From Anthoceros angustus (Eukaryota; Plantae; Anthocerotophyta): a stretch of 64,000 nucleotides of DNA. The position numbers were made by a program, and so were the translations under genes. The notes below the pieces were generated by a model. The model saw only the letters and a program-made list of their open reading frames with translations, ran no database searches and had not been told where the DNA came from. This document shows positions 63,301-64,000 of the stretch, in pieces. Position 1 is the stretch's first letter. Every line of letters starts with the position of its first letter. The stretch covers positions 930,001-994,000 of the forward strand of contig MU008156.1 of NCBI GenBank assembly GCA_010909165.1. The letters are read 5' to 3'.

Positions 63301-63518
63301 AATCATACAAGGTCCAAAGAAGTGGAGAAAGGTCATTGCACCTTTTCGCTCATGGATTGACACTTCGACTGCACATAGGCAGATGCATCAAAAGTTTCCG
63401 ACTCAAAAACCGACAGCTCCTCAGTAAGAACTCCATCCAGCCCAGCAGACCCGTTTGACATCAAGGAGCCTGACACATTGCCGGTCCTCGAACGGACAGA
63501 CGGCTTCAACGACCCCAT
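60359..63518 (-). CDS. EXO84: Exocyst complex component EXO84; multi-exon
   Basis: FDASAYVQSKC, LLDLKKASAEEMRKSVYANYSAFIR, LLLNSHHERL, YTAALSQMVFSAI, VRPSVEQAL; C-terminal SPTASISAQSVSS. Confidence 0.95.
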
Positions 63519-64000
63519 GTCTCCCACTTAGAGTATACTAATCCGCTTGCAAATATCGAACAGCAGGAGGCATCTAATCCGGCAACTTGTCAATGCACAT
63601 GCTCCAGAACTAGACAGCGCGATGTGAGTACTCCTTCAGCGGAATTTGACGATACAATCGGCACCCTGCTTCCTTCCTGTATGTAGCAACCTTCCAGCTG
63701 GTCTGCATCATCCACTTCCCCAGATCCAAACCCTGGACTCCAGAATCTGGTGCAGGAGCTCCGTTCAGCTTCCCTAAACTGCATGCAACACTCGGCGAGA
63801 AGATCCTTTCTGGTTATCGAACTGTAGATCGGCCTCCGGTGATCGGAATCAAGTCACCGTCCGGTCGTTTCGGAGTTACCTCCCGCTTCGCAGAATCACT
63901 GGTGTTGCCGCAGATCAGCCCCTGCAACAACAATTTCCGAGTTGCACGTTTTCTTTACCGACTCTGACCGAGCAGGAACGCAAACCTCATCCATTCACAG

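Overview
Eukaryotic nuclear DNA from a land plant: gene-dense, with short GT-AG introns. The LptF/G-like gene, PLS-type PPR relic and compact introns suggest a non-seed plant such as a hornwort or lycophyte (inference). Host genes: GT34 xyloglucan xylosyltransferase (-); TH2-like TenA+HAD protein with a ~760-aa repetitive low-complexity tail (+); cytosolic-type TyrRS (-); OB-fold tRNA-binding protein (+); MIF/DDT-like protein (+); an AT-rich multi-exon coiled-coil orphan (-); cytochrome b561 (-); SDH2 (+); LptF/LptG-like permease (-); RRP9/U3-55K (+); gamma-tubulin (+); Caprin-like RGG protein (+); EXO84 (-). The accessory block at about 11.25-27.1 kb is nested. A CRE-type non-LTR retrotransposon relic is split by an 11,560-bp DNA transposon with 35/36-bp TIRs. 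That transposon carries a decayed DDE transposase (Sola1-like motifs) and, divergently, a decayed gene with a ParB/Srx-like domain and a beta-class amino-DNA-methyltransferase domain. This is the most interesting system in the window. The block is followed by a pseudogenised duplicate of the TH2-like 3' end. Smaller items: PPR and GAUT gene fragments, a 2.4-kb long-TIR element, minisatellites, and a cluster of apparent frameshifts at short G/C runs in the b561/SDH2 pair. All calls come from manual motif reading; no searches were run, and exon boundaries are approximate unless stated.
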